Assembly: GCA_034669905.1 (NCBI GenBank)
Contig: JAXMOL010000077.1
Span: 1-22,205, forward strand
Source of the DNA: Candidatus Hydrogenedentota bacterium
GTDB lineage: Bacteria; Hydrogenedentota; Hydrogenedentia; Hydrogenedentales; JAEUWI01
Length of the DNA: 22,205 nucleotides
Direction: 5' to 3'
The position numbers and the translations under genes were made by a program. Below the pieces are notes generated by a model, which was not told the DNA's origin, made no database searches, and saw nothing but the letters and a program-made list of their open reading frames with translations. This document shows positions 9,401-18,811 of this stretch, in pieces. Numbering within the stretch: position 1 is the stretch's first letter; every line of letters starts with the position of its first letter.

Positions 9401-10999
9401 CTAAAACATCCCCTGAATCTGACGAATAAGCGCCTGTTCTTCCCCCAGGAGGCCGGTCACCAGCAGCTTGATATCGGTTGGATACAATCCGCTCAGCACG
9501 CGAAAACCCACGACCCAGAGGCACACCAGACAAATATAGGTCCCCAGTGCCAGCGTCATGTAACGTCCGGCCAGCGAAAGGTAGCCCCTTCTCCGCGCAC
9601 GCCGCGCTTCCTGAAGCAAGTCTGCGTAGCCGGGCTCCGATACGAGGGGTTGGCAAACGGTGCTCTCTCTGGGCAGTAGCAGTGCCGGATACAGGATGGC
9701 CACCAGAATAATTGCGACCATCAAGGTCGTCCACAGGCCCGTGATCACATTGGGCAGGCTGTAGCCGCCGCTGCCCAGCGTAGCCCAGAGCAGACAGAGG
9801 GCCACTAGCCCCGACCAGCCCCCCAACAAGCGCAGCCCCGTGCGACTCTGACGCAAAGCACGGGCATTCCGGTCGGTATGAAAACACCGATTCAAAATAG
9901 AAAACACCACGGTGGCGCTGCCCAGAATCAGCATCCCCCAGAAAACCAGCCAGACCGATAGCGTCGCCTCACCGATACGTCTCGGGCGGGATGCTTCACG
10001 CGCCGACTCAAAGCGGACCACCTTCTCCATGGCCGTATCCAATTGGGCCTGTAATGCGGCCAATTCACTGCTTGCCGGCCCGCTCCCCGGGGCTTGTAGC
10101 TGCATCCGCAGGGCGAGGGCATCCTGTTGGAGCTTCAGGCCCACAATCATGACACTGGTATTCAAGGTATCCGCGGCTTCGCGGGTATCCCCGACCAGTT
10201 TTCTTCCGAAGCGCTGGAGTTGATAGAGCCAGGTTTCCAGGCTTTGACCGTTGGGGCCATCAATTTCTTCACGAACGCGCTGAATCACGACGTCTTTCAG
10301 CGTATACACCGGTGCACAACACAGGTCGGCAAGTTCCCGTCGAAGATCGGCATACCAGTACCCGTCTTTGGGTAAACTCTCGTGCCACAGGGGCTGGGGA
10401 AAGACCACCGGATTGCCACTGTCATTCGTACGGGAGACGAGGGCCACCGCCGTGCGAAAGTCCTCCTCCGACGTAGAAGATGCCGCGATGGCCGCCGCCA
10501 GAAGATAGTCCGGCAAGGCATTCTTGGTGGATTTCAGCCCGGCCTCACGAAATATACGGCGGGCCTCCTTAAACTCTCCCATTTGGAAGAGCTTGCACCC
10601 GTAGACAATCAGCAAATCCCCGTCGTCCGGAGCCAACGCAACGGCCTCTGCGAAACGCTCCAGGACGATGTCCTTTTCTTCAATGTAGGCGAGGGCAGCC
10701 ACATAGCGGGCAGTTGGCACTTCACTGTCCCGGCGATCCCGATTGACCACTTCACGCAGGATGGCCCGTTGGGAATCATCCTCGTGGGAAAGGGCCATGC
10801 GAAACTGGGTTTCGCTCAGTCCATAGCGCAGGTAGTTCTCTGAGATATAGAGGCTGAGCGTAATACCCACGCACGCCAACACGGCGAGTCGAAACGCCCG
10901 CCGAAAGCGGCGGGCACCAATATAGTCACCTCCCACCCCGTAGGGCAGGAGGTGACGGGAAGGTCGACATTCCGATTCGCCTGTCGGGCGCTCGTTCAC
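9401..10999 (-). CDS. Hypothetical membrane protein: N-terminal TM, TPR-like helical region, about 4 C-terminal TM helices
   Basis: 532-aa ORF. TPR-like segment FAEAVALAPDDGDLLIVYGCKLFQMGEFKEARRIFREA and several hydrophobic stretches. The GTG start overlaps the pgi stop (GTGA) and has GGAGG upstream. Confidence 0.8.
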   Translation of the reverse strand: MNERPTGESECRPSRHLLPYGVGGDYIGARRFRRAFRLAVLACVGITLSLYISENYLRYGLSETQFRMALSHEDDSQRAILREVVNRDRRDSEVPTARYVAALAYIEEKDIVLERFAEAVALAPDDGDLLIVYGCKLFQMGEFKEARRIFREAGLKSTKNALPDYLLAAAIAASSTSEEDFRTAVALVSRTNDSGNPVVFPQPLWHESLPKDGYWYADLRRELADLCCAPVYTLKDVVIQRVREEIDGPNGQSLETWLYQLQRFGRKLVGDTREAADTLNTSVMIVGLKLQQDALALRMQLQAPGSGPASSELAALQAQLDTAMEKVVRFESAREASRPRRIGEATLSVWLVFWGMLILGSATVVFSILNRCFHTDRNARALRQSRTGLRLLGGWSGLVALCLLWATLGSGGYSLPNVITGLWTTLMVAIILVAILYPALLLPRESTVCQPLVSEPGYADLLQEARRARRRGYLSLAGRYMTLALGTYICLVCLWVVGFRVLSGLYPTDIKLLVTGLLGEEQALIRQIQGMF

Positions 11000-12363
11000 C
11001 CCTTGCCTCCCATGAGGCGACGGGCGATAATCTTTCCTTCTTCCACGCCGGGCTGGTCGAAGGTATTGACGTTGTAGAGACGACCGGCCATGGCCGTTTC
11101 CACTTCAAGCATATAGAGGAGCTGACCCAGCGTATGGGCGTTGACCCGGGGCAAAATGGTGCGAATCGCCGGACGCTGACTGGCCTTAAGCGCATCGAGG
11201 GTACCACGAAGCTCGGCGTTCATGAGCTTGTTCATGGTCACGCCACGCAGGTATTCCAGTTCCTTCACATTCTTCAGGGTTTCCGGAATACGCATCGTCT
11301 TTTCAAAGCGCCCCACTTCCAGGGTATTGAAAATCTTATCGTTGGGCCCTTCGCGGTAGAGTTGGACCTGGGAATGCTGGTCGGTGGCACCGAGGGCCTT
11401 GATAGGCGTCTGGCCCGCGTACACTTCTTCACCATCGAGACTGAACTTCTTGCCCAGACTCTCGGCCCAGAGCTGGCGGTACCAATCCGCCACATCGCGG
11501 AGACCATCCACGTAGGGCATCATGACCGACATGACCTTGCCCTTCTTCTTATCCATCATGAACTGGACGGCCGCACGCAGGTACGCGGGGTTGTCCATCA
11601 GACTGGCCTTGGCACAACGCTTGTCCATGGCGGCACAGCCCTTCATCATGTCGTCAATGTCCATGCCGAGCATGGCCGCCGGGAAGAGGCCCACGGGGCT
11701 GAAGACGGAGAAGCGACCACCAACATTCAGCGGGATGTCGAAGGTATCAAGACCATAGGCCTTGGCTACCGGGTGAAGCAGGCTCTTGGGCGCATCTTTC
11801 CCCTGGGGACTGGTCGTCACCACCAGGTGATCTTTGATGGCCTTTTTGCCGAGTTTCTTCTCCAGGATATCGAGCACAATCATGCACTGGGACATGGTCT
11901 CTGCCGTGCCCCCGGACTTGGAGATCACGTTAAAGAGCGTCTTCTTGGGATTACAGAGACGCAACATGGCGCGGAAGGTTACCGGGTCAATGTTGTCCAT
12001 CACGAAGAGCCGGGGATTCCCCTTGCGGCCCCGCTTGGTCATGAGGTTGTAGTAGGCGGGATTCAGGGCCGTGTTCAGGGCGGTAATACCGAGGGCACTG
12101 CCACCGATACCCAGTACGACGAGGTTGTCGTAGCCAAAGGCACGGAATTTTTCCGCGACCGTCTTCACATTCTTGATGGACTCTTTGTCCTTGTGGAGGT
12201 CGTAGAAACCGTAGGCCTTGTCCTTACGCTCTTTCCGCAGGATCTTGTGGATATCGAGCACCTGGGGCTCGATCTCTTTCAGTTCTGCGGGGGTAATCCC
12301 GTGCTCTTTGCCTACAGCAGCGGACTTGGCCCGCGAAATATCAATACGAATATCGGTCTGCAT
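10996..12363 (-). CDS. pgi: Glucose-6-phosphate isomerase
   Basis: VLGIGGSALG, VISKSGGTAET, VGGRFSV, QLWAESLGK, DQHSQVQL and FDQPGVEEGK. Confidence 0.97.
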   Translation of the reverse strand: MQTDIRIDISRAKSAAVGKEHGITPAELKEIEPQVLDIHKILRKERKDKAYGFYDLHKDKESIKNVKTVAEKFRAFGYDNLVVLGIGGSALGITALNTALNPAYYNLMTKRGRKGNPRLFVMDNIDPVTFRAMLRLCNPKKTLFNVISKSGGTAETMSQCMIVLDILEKKLGKKAIKDHLVVTTSPQGKDAPKSLLHPVAKAYGLDTFDIPLNVGGRFSVFSPVGLFPAAMLGMDIDDMMKGCAAMDKRCAKASLMDNPAYLRAAVQFMMDKKKGKVMSVMMPYVDGLRDVADWYRQLWAESLGKKFSLDGEEVYAGQTPIKALGATDQHSQVQLYREGPNDKIFNTLEVGRFEKTMRIPETLKNVKELEYLRGVTMNKLMNAELRGTLDALKASQRPAIRTILPRVNAHTLGQLLYMLEVETAMAGRLYNVNTFDQPGVEEGKIIARRLMGGKG

Positions 12364-12366
12364 CCC

Positions 12367-14925
12367 TCAATCCTCGGTTGGTTTCTGGAAGAACTGTTCC
12401 ATCTTCTCGAATACGGTTTCCCGTTCCCCCTGCACGATGCGCAGGTCAGGAAGGGAAGTTAGAAATACCCGGCCATAGCGCTTGGTAATGATGCGCTGGT
12501 CCAGGACGATAATTACTCCCCGGTCGCTCCGACGACGAATGAGGCGACCAAATCCCTGACGGAATTTAATGACGGCCTGCGGCACGGCGTAGCCCATGAA
12601 CGCATTCCCCGTGCGGGCTTCGATAGCCTCGGAGCGGGCTTGTTGAATGGGCTCTGTGGGCACGCGGAACGGCAGTTTTGGCAGTATAACACACTGTAAA
12701 GAATCTCCGGCAACGTCCACGCCCTCCCAGAAGCTGTCGGTGGCAAAAAGCACACTGTTGGCATCGGCCCGAAAGCGATCCAGGAGTTGGGTACGTCCCG
12801 CCTCCCCCTGCTTCAAGGGCGTGATGCCCCCCCGCCGCAATTCCTCGGCCAATTGTCGGTAGGTGAAATCCAGGGCATAAAAGGAGGTAAACAAGATGAA
12901 GGCATGGCCCTTGGTTATTTCCAGGGCGCGCCGTATGGCCGTGACCGCATCCTCAAGAAAATCTCGACTCCCGGGATCGACCATATCTTCCAAGAGGCAG
13001 AGCATGGCCTGTTCCCGATAGTCGAAGGGCGAGTCGAGTAGCGCCGTCGTCGTGCGCCCTTCTTCCACTCGGTCCAATCCGAGCCGCTGAAAGAGATAGT
13101 CAAACTTTCGCTGTACGGTCAGCGTCGCGGACGTGAGCAGCACGGTGTCCAGGTGACCGTAAACCCATTCGGCCAGGGGCGGGCCCACATCGAGGGGACA
13201 CCGGGCAATCTTGACCATCTGGTCATTGCGTGCGTCCACCTCAATCCAGCGCACCGTGTTTTTCTTCAGTTCTTCGCTGGTGCCTTCGAGGAGGGCATTG
13301 GCCATGCGCTCCAAACGACCGGCGTAAGCTTGAAGCTGGGCCTTCTCCGCCACCAGGGGCGGTTCGTCTTCGTTTTCCTTGGGGGGAATGGCACGCAGGC
13401 GACGGTGCAGCTCATTGATATCCTGCAGCAAGCGGGTCACCCCGTCGACGGCAGGCACCACGCGCTCATTGTGAATCTGGCGGAGCCTTTTGTCGTAGAG
13501 CACTTCTTCCGTGAGCCGCCATTTCACATCCCGCCCTATCTGACCGCTGCAGATGGAGGCCAGCTCCCGAAGGGCCAGGAAGGCATCTTCCACGGCATTG
13601 CGAGATTCCCCCAATCCCGGCGCAATTTTCATTTCAATGAGCTTTTGAATCCCCTCAAACTTGTCCATGGACAACTGAGGGCATTCCTTAATTAACATGG
13701 CCTTAATGGTCGGCAACAGGCCCCGCTCCCGCCCGCGCTCCTGGCGCAGAAACCGGCCAAAGGTGGCTTTCGCCCCCAGCAAGGTAGCGGAGAGACCAAA
13801 GTACTCGGTGGCGGAATCTTCGATGCTATGGGCCTCATCGAAGACCACCCGCTTGTAGTGGGGTAAGACGGCCTGGGCCGTAAAGTCCCCCGCCTCCTGC
13901 TTGATGGCAATATCCGAAAAGAGCATGTGGTGATTCACCACCAGCAGGTCCGCCTTGGCCATTTCCCGCCGGGCCTTGCCCACGAAACACCGTTTGTTGT
14001 CCGGACAACGCCCCCGGCTGCAACTGTCGGACTCCGAGCAGACCCGCTCCCACACTTCGCGGCCCGGCATGAAGGGCAGGTCGGCGCGGCTGCCGTCTTC
14101 GGTCTTCTCGGCCCATTCGCCAATGGCGCTCAATTGGGCCTTGGTTCCTTCATCGTCAAAGAGGCTCGCTTCGGAAAGAGCCCGATCCAACTTACGCAGG
14201 CAAAGATAATTGCCCCGCCCTTTGACCAGACAGGCCTCCAAGGGTTCATCAATGGCCTTCCGTATAAGCGGCACGTCTTTCTGGACGATTTGTTCCTGGA
14301 GGTTGATGGTGCGGGTCGAAATCACCACCCGCTCCTTATTACGCTTGGCCCAGAGCGCGGCGGGTAAAAGATAGGAGAAGGTCTTCCCCACTCCGGTGGG
14401 TGCCTCCACCACCGCGACCTTATTCTGATTGAAGGCCACCGCCGCCGCTTCCATGAGCGCTACCTGTTGGGGGCGCACCTCAAAGCCCGGCAGGGTCCGC
14501 GCAATAATGCCGTTCGGCGCAAACATGGCCCGGAGTTCATCGAGCGCCAGCAAATCCGCCTGCTTCGGCAGGAAGGGCTCCACCACCACATAGACCCGCG
14601 TCACTTCGTTGTCCACGATAAAGACGCCATGGCCGTGGGTGCTGTACATGGCCGCCAACTGGACATCGGCCTCGCTGGGTGCCAGTTCGCCCGAGGGGTG
14701 GTTGTGGATCACCACATCGCGCACATCCAGCGACTCAAACAGGGCGGGCACCGCCGACTCATGGCCCCGGGCACAGACCCGCACTTCCGCCACCCGCCCC
14801 TGGGCATCCAGACTGCCGGCAAAGAAGACCTCACGCCCCCCCGTTTCCTCAATCGCTTCCTGCATACGCAGGGCCGCCGCCGGGGTAATGCGGGTAAGCA
14901 CGTTCTCTCCGAGGGCGCTCGTCAT
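12367..14925 (-). CDS. DinG/YoaA-family Fe-S helicase with N-terminal JAB/MPN (RadC-like) domain
   Basis: N-terminal E...HNHPSGELAPSEAD JAB motif; Q motif EVRPQQ; Walker A APTGVGKT; Fe-S cysteines (YLC...CSESDSC....C); DEAH; TSAT; FWEGVD; QGFGRLIR. Confidence 0.93.
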   Translation of the reverse strand: MTSALGENVLTRITPAAALRMQEAIEETGGREVFFAGSLDAQGRVAEVRVCARGHESAVPALFESLDVRDVVIHNHPSGELAPSEADVQLAAMYSTHGHGVFIVDNEVTRVYVVVEPFLPKQADLLALDELRAMFAPNGIIARTLPGFEVRPQQVALMEAAAVAFNQNKVAVVEAPTGVGKTFSYLLPAALWAKRNKERVVISTRTINLQEQIVQKDVPLIRKAIDEPLEACLVKGRGNYLCLRKLDRALSEASLFDDEGTKAQLSAIGEWAEKTEDGSRADLPFMPGREVWERVCSESDSCSRGRCPDNKRCFVGKARREMAKADLLVVNHHMLFSDIAIKQEAGDFTAQAVLPHYKRVVFDEAHSIEDSATEYFGLSATLLGAKATFGRFLRQERGRERGLLPTIKAMLIKECPQLSMDKFEGIQKLIEMKIAPGLGESRNAVEDAFLALRELASICSGQIGRDVKWRLTEEVLYDKRLRQIHNERVVPAVDGVTRLLQDINELHRRLRAIPPKENEDEPPLVAEKAQLQAYAGRLERMANALLEGTSEELKKNTVRWIEVDARNDQMVKIARCPLDVGPPLAEWVYGHLDTVLLTSATLTVQRKFDYLFQRLGLDRVEEGRTTTALLDSPFDYREQAMLCLLEDMVDPGSRDFLEDAVTAIRRALEITKGHAFILFTSFYALDFTYRQLAEELRRGGITPLKQGEAGRTQLLDRFRADANSVLFATDSFWEGVDVAGDSLQCVILPKLPFRVPTEPIQQARSEAIEARTGNAFMGYAVPQAVIKFRQGFGRLIRRRSDRGVIIVLDQRIITKRYGRVFLTSLPDLRIVQGERETVFEKMEQFFQKPTED

Positions 14926-15295
14926 CTGGATTCCATCACGTTGTTCAGTTCATCTATCGCTGGTCCCCACAGGGTGCGGGACGGGAAAGGGGGTATCCTA
15001 CCCTGTGACGGCAGATCGAACCAAGTATATTGCACTGAGAAGCCGAATCCCTTCGATTACAGGATCGCGAACATTCCTGTCCGCGGCCGGGCCCACTTTT
15101 CTCCCGAGAAAAGCCCTTCATCTGTGCCGCGACGTTGACGCCAAATAATCCTTCCCAATCGATTGTTTCCCTACCTCCCCGCCGTACCCTTTAATTGCTG
15201 CGCTTGCGCTGCCGCGGAAAGGTTGAGAACGCGCCGTGGCGCAAATGTCCGCGATCCTGAGAACTCGGCACCCAGGCTACCAGCCGCCTTTCCCC

Positions 15296-15323
15296 TTCCG
15301 TGTCGTTCCGTGCCTTCCGTGGT
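15296..15323. repeat. Short triple repeat TTCCGTG in intergenic DNA
   Basis: TTCCGTG at 15296, 15306 and 15315 (ttccgtgtcgttccgtgccttccgtggt). Confidence 0.6.
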
Positions 15324-15437
15324 AGTCCCTCTCCCTACGCACCGACCCATCGGCCATTGCGGTCCACCTATATCCCATGCTACGCTTTCCCGCGTACCTT
15401 ATTGCGGAAGCCCATTCCATACGGAGGAGAGACCCCC

Positions 15438-16751
15438 ATGGCCGAATATTTTCCAGGCATAAAAAAGATTAAATACGAAGGCCCCGATACCAAGAACCCG
15501 CTGGCCTTTAAACACTATAAACCCACCCAGAAAATCCTCGGCAAGACCATGGAAGACCACTTCCGTTTTGCCGTGTGTTACTGGCACACCTTCAAGGGCC
15601 TGGGCACGGACCCCTTTGGCGGTCCCACCATGATCCGCAGCTACGATGACGCACCCGATGAGGACACCCAGCGCCGTCAGACCATGGAAGCGGCCTTTGA
15701 GTTCTTCCAGAAACTCGGTGTGAAATACTGGTGCTTCCACGACGCGGACATCGCCCCCGAAGGCGAGACCCTGGACGAATCCCAGCGCCGTCTCGATGAC
15801 GTGGCCAAACAGGCGAAGAAACTCCAGAAGGAAACGGGCATCAAACTGCTCTGGGGAACGAGCAACATGTTCTCCCACCGCCGCTTCATGTCCGGTGCGG
15901 CGACCAATCCGGACCCCGCGATTTTCGCCTATGCCGGTGCCAAGGTAAAGAAGGCGATGGAAGTCACCAAGTACCTCGGTGGCGAAGGCTATGTGTTCTG
16001 GGGTGGGCGTGAAGGTTATGAGACCCTCCTCAACACCGACATGGGCCGGGAACTGGACCACCTGGCCCGCTTCCTTCACATGGCGGTGGACTACAAAAAG
16101 CAGATTAAGTTCAAGGGCCAGTTTTTCATCGAGCCCAAGCCCAAAGAACCGACCAAACACCAGTATGACTTTGACGCGGCAAGTTGCCACGCCTTCCTCC
16201 AGAAATACGGCCTGGACCAGCATCTCAAGCTGAACATCGAAGCCAACCACGCCACCCTGGCCGGCCATTCCTTCCTCCATGAGTTGGAATACGCCGCCGC
16301 CAATGACCTCCTGGGCTCGGTGGATGCCAACCGGGGTGACGAGCTCCTGGGCTGGGATACGGACCAGTTCCCCACCAATCTCTACGATACGACCCTGGCC
16401 ATGTACAGCATCCTCAAAGCCGGTGGATTTAAATCGGGTGGGCTCAATTTCGACGCCAAAGTGCGGCGTCAGTCTATTGACCCGGAAGACCTCTTCCACG
16501 CGCACATCGGTGCCATGGATGCCTTCGCCCGGGGCCTGAAAGCCGCCGCCAAGATGATTAAGGACAAGAAGTTCGAAAAGATCATCCAGAAGCGCTACGC
16601 CGGTTGGGACACCACCTTCGGCAAGAAAATCGAGTCTGGCAAGGCTACCCTCGAAGATATGGACGCCTACACGCGCAAGCATGGCGAACCTGAGCCCAAG
16701 AGCGGACAGCAGGAATTGCTGGAGAACATCCTGAACGAGTATATTGTCTAA
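15438..16751 (+). CDS. xylA: Xylose isomerase (class II)
   Basis: RFAVCYWHTF, WCFHDADIAPEG, WGGREGY, IEPKPKEPTKHQYDFD, NIEANHA, GWDTDQF and GGLNFDAK. True start is ATG 15438 after GGAGGAG. 437 aa. Confidence 0.97.
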   Translation: MAEYFPGIKKIKYEGPDTKNPLAFKHYKPTQKILGKTMEDHFRFAVCYWHTFKGLGTDPFGGPTMIRSYDDAPDEDTQRRQTMEAAFEFFQKLGVKYWCFHDADIAPEGETLDESQRRLDDVAKQAKKLQKETGIKLLWGTSNMFSHRRFMSGAATNPDPAIFAYAGAKVKKAMEVTKYLGGEGYVFWGGREGYETLLNTDMGRELDHLARFLHMAVDYKKQIKFKGQFFIEPKPKEPTKHQYDFDAASCHAFLQKYGLDQHLKLNIEANHATLAGHSFLHELEYAAANDLLGSVDANRGDELLGWDTDQFPTNLYDTTLAMYSILKAGGFKSGGLNFDAKVRRQSIDPEDLFHAHIGAMDAFARGLKAAAKMIKDKKFEKIIQKRYAGWDTTFGKKIESGKATLEDMDAYTRKHGEPEPKSGQQELLENILNEYIV

Positions 16752-16766
16752 TTAGCACAAGATTCC

Positions 16767-16808
16767 GAAGCGGTCTGATTCCACCAATCAGGCCGCTTCT
16801 TTGTATTT
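16767..16808 (+). terminator. Rho-independent terminator after xylA
   Basis: GAAGCGGTCTGATT (16767-16780) / AATCAGGCCGCTTC (16786-16799), a 14-bp stem with one G-U pair, followed by TTTGTATTT. Confidence 0.8.
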
Positions 16809-16968
16809 GGTTCAGCCGGTTTGAATCTACATTCGTATAGCGCCTTGGGTGTATGTGGCTCTTACCCCAGTGATGCGAAACCGACGTCCACCAATCTGGA
16901 TGCGCCCTCAGTCTACATTCTTCATGAATGGTTTCGGAGCAGTCATTGACTTTCGGTTGGCGCGGGCC

Positions 16969-17173
16969 GCCCCGAAGGGGCACGACAGCTTTCAGCCCTG
17001 ACCAACGCCCAGGGAATGGGGCCACGCATTTAAATTTTCGCCCTGAAAGGGCACTGCAGTTGCGTTTACTCTGGTTCAACTGTGTTGCCCTTTCAGGGCG
17101 ATAGGGTGAGTGGAGACTCTTGTTGCCCCAGGGCGTTGCCCTGGGCTTTTGAACTGTTCGGGCCTTTCAGGCC
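16969..17173. repeat. REP/MITE-like composite palindromic element
   Basis: Nested inverted units: GCCCCGAAGGGGC (16969-16981); AGCCCTGACCAACGCCCAGGG (16994-17014); TCGCCCTGAAAGGGCA (17038-17053) and its exact inverse TGCCCTTTCAGGGCGA (17086-17101); CCCAGGGCGTTGCCCTGGG (17127-17145); GGCCTTTCAGGCC (17161-17173). Confidence 0.85.
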
Positions 17174-17283
17174 AATATATTAATGAATTCCACTTTGTAA
17201 GGCCTTGACCCTGGTGGCGTGGCGTTCAGGACGAATGTATCCTCAAACCGGATGAACCATTTTATCTACCCACCGAGCCGACA

Positions 17284-17312
17284 TTGACCAACTACGCCGA
17301 TGAATATAAAAT
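17284..17312 (+). promoter_or_regulatory. Sigma70-type promoter for the msr gene
   Basis: TTGACC (17284-17289), 17 nt, TAAAAT (17307-17312), about 45 nt before ATG 17358. Confidence 0.6.
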
Positions 17313-17357
17313 AGTGTCGTATTTGCTTTTCACGCGCAACCCATTGGATGCATCGTC

Positions 17358-18641
17358 ATGACTTTCAAAAAGCCCTTTTTCCTGGTCGCCCTCGTTTTAC
17401 TTGCAGGCCTGGCCGCCTCCCAGATACTCCTCCGCTCCGAGGGCGCCCGCGTCAGTGCCGCACCGGAAAATGCGAAGGCCGAAGCGGCCCCGGAAAAACG
17501 TGAAGGATCGGGCACCAAGCATGTCCGAAGCGACGTCGCCAAAGAATCGGCCACGGTACGTACCATCACGGAAGACGGCACCCTGAGTGAGCCTGTCACC
17601 GTGCCTGCGGTCAAATTGACAGACGCCGAGTGGAAGGCGCGCCTTACCAAGATGCAACACTATATCCTGCGGGATAAGGGCACGGAGCGGGCCGGTACAG
17701 GGGCCTTGTTGAAGAACAAGGAGAAGGGTGTCTATACCTGCGCGGGCTGCAAGCTTCCCCTCTTCGCCTCGGACACCAAGTTTGAATCGGGAACGGGCTG
17801 GCCCAGTTTTTACGCACCCATCGCCAAGGAAAATGTAGCCGAAGAATCTGACGAGGCCTATGGCATGGTGCGCACAGAAATTCTTTGTGCACGGTGTGAC
17901 GGCCACCTCGGCCACGTCTTCAACGACGGCCCCCAGCCAACCGGCTTGCGCTATTGTATGAATTCGGCCTCGCTGGAATTCACCGAAGCGTCCAACCTGA
18001 AGTCCCTGGCCCAGACCCAACTGGCTTCCAATGAAGCTAGCGCTCCAGCAGCAAACCCCTGGCTGCCCCTCCCGGAGAATAACGCCCCGCTGCCGGATGC
18101 CGGGAACCCCGCCAAGGCCATCTTTGGTGGCGGCTGCTTCTGGTGTACCGAGGCGGTCTTCGAAAAACTTGATGGCGTAAGCGCGGTCGTTTCGGGTTAT
18201 TCCGGCGGCGATGCAAAGGGAGCCAACTACAAGGCCGTCTGCACCGGCACCACGGGCCATGCCGAAGTCATCGAAATCGCCTACGATCCGGCGAAAATCA
18301 GCTATGGCGAGCTCATGCGGGTCTTTTTCACCCTCCACGACCCCACCACCCTCAATTACCAGAAGCCCGACACAGGTACGCAGTATCGCTCGGCCATTTT
18401 CTATCACAGCGACGCGGAAAAAGCCTTGGCGGAGAGCTATATCAAGCAGCTCAACGAGAGCGGAAAGTTTTCTGATCCCATCGTGACGACGCTTGAGCCC
18501 CTGGAAAAGTTCTACCCCGCCGAGGACTACCACCAGGACTTTGTGAAACACAATCCCCGCCACCCCTATGTGGTACGCTGGGCGCTGCCAAAGCTGGAAA
18601 AGCTCGACAAGATGCTCAAGGCCGACGGCAAGGACGTCTGA
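17358..18641 (+). CDS. msrAB: Bifunctional peptide methionine sulfoxide reductase, MsrB-MsrA fusion with signal peptide or membrane anchor
   Basis: Basic then hydrophobic N-terminus. Msr[38 protein letters not shown]. Msr[34 protein letters not shown]. Confidence 0.95.
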   Translation: MTFKKPFFLVALVLLAGLAASQILLRSEGARVSAAPENAKAEAAPEKREGSGTKHVRSDVAKESATVRTITEDGTLSEPVTVPAVKLTDAEWKARLTKMQHYILRDKGTERAGTGALLKNKEKGVYTCAGCKLPLFASDTKFESGTGWPSFYAPIAKENVAEESDEAYGMVRTEILCARCDGHLGHVFNDGPQPTGLRYCMNSASLEFTEASNLKSLAQTQLASNEASAPAANPWLPLPENNAPLPDAGNPAKAIFGGGCFWCTEAVFEKLDGVSAVVSGYSGGDAKGANYKAVCTGTTGHAEVIEIAYDPAKISYGELMRVFFTLHDPTTLNYQKPDTGTQYRSAIFYHSDAEKALAESYIKQLNESGKFSDPIVTTLEPLEKFYPAEDYHQDFVKHNPRHPYVVRWALPKLEKLDKMLKADGKDV

Positions 18642-18666
18642 CACCCCACGTTACGCTCCTTTATTC

Positions 18667-18702
18667 CGCCGCACACGCCTCACGGAGGTGTGCGGCGTTT
18701 TT
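18667..18702 (+). terminator. Rho-independent terminator after msrAB
   Basis: Bulged stem CGCCGCACA..CCTC-acg-GAGG-TGTGCGGCG followed by TTTTT. Confidence 0.75.
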
Positions 18703-18811
18703 CGTTGGATGGCGGGCGGCGCTCCCATCCTGGCGTGTTGGTTTTCCTGGACTATTGGCGATGTGATAGCATGCTGCCGAAGCGCGATAACGTGTATTAC
18801 AAAGGAGCAGT

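Noticed and set aside
11134..12462. 442-aa plus-strand ORF, and similar antisense ORFs at 97-759, 1164-1991, 2521-3603, 15399-16682, 17397-18644 and 18854-19636
   Set aside because: All are opposite-strand shadows of well-supported genes.
15300..15437. 46-aa N-terminal extension of XylA
   Set aside because: A strong RBS precedes ATG 15438, and MAEYFPGI is the typical XylA start.
16969..17173. CRISPR array
   Set aside because: The units are inverted and non-identical, spacing is irregular, and no cas genes are present.
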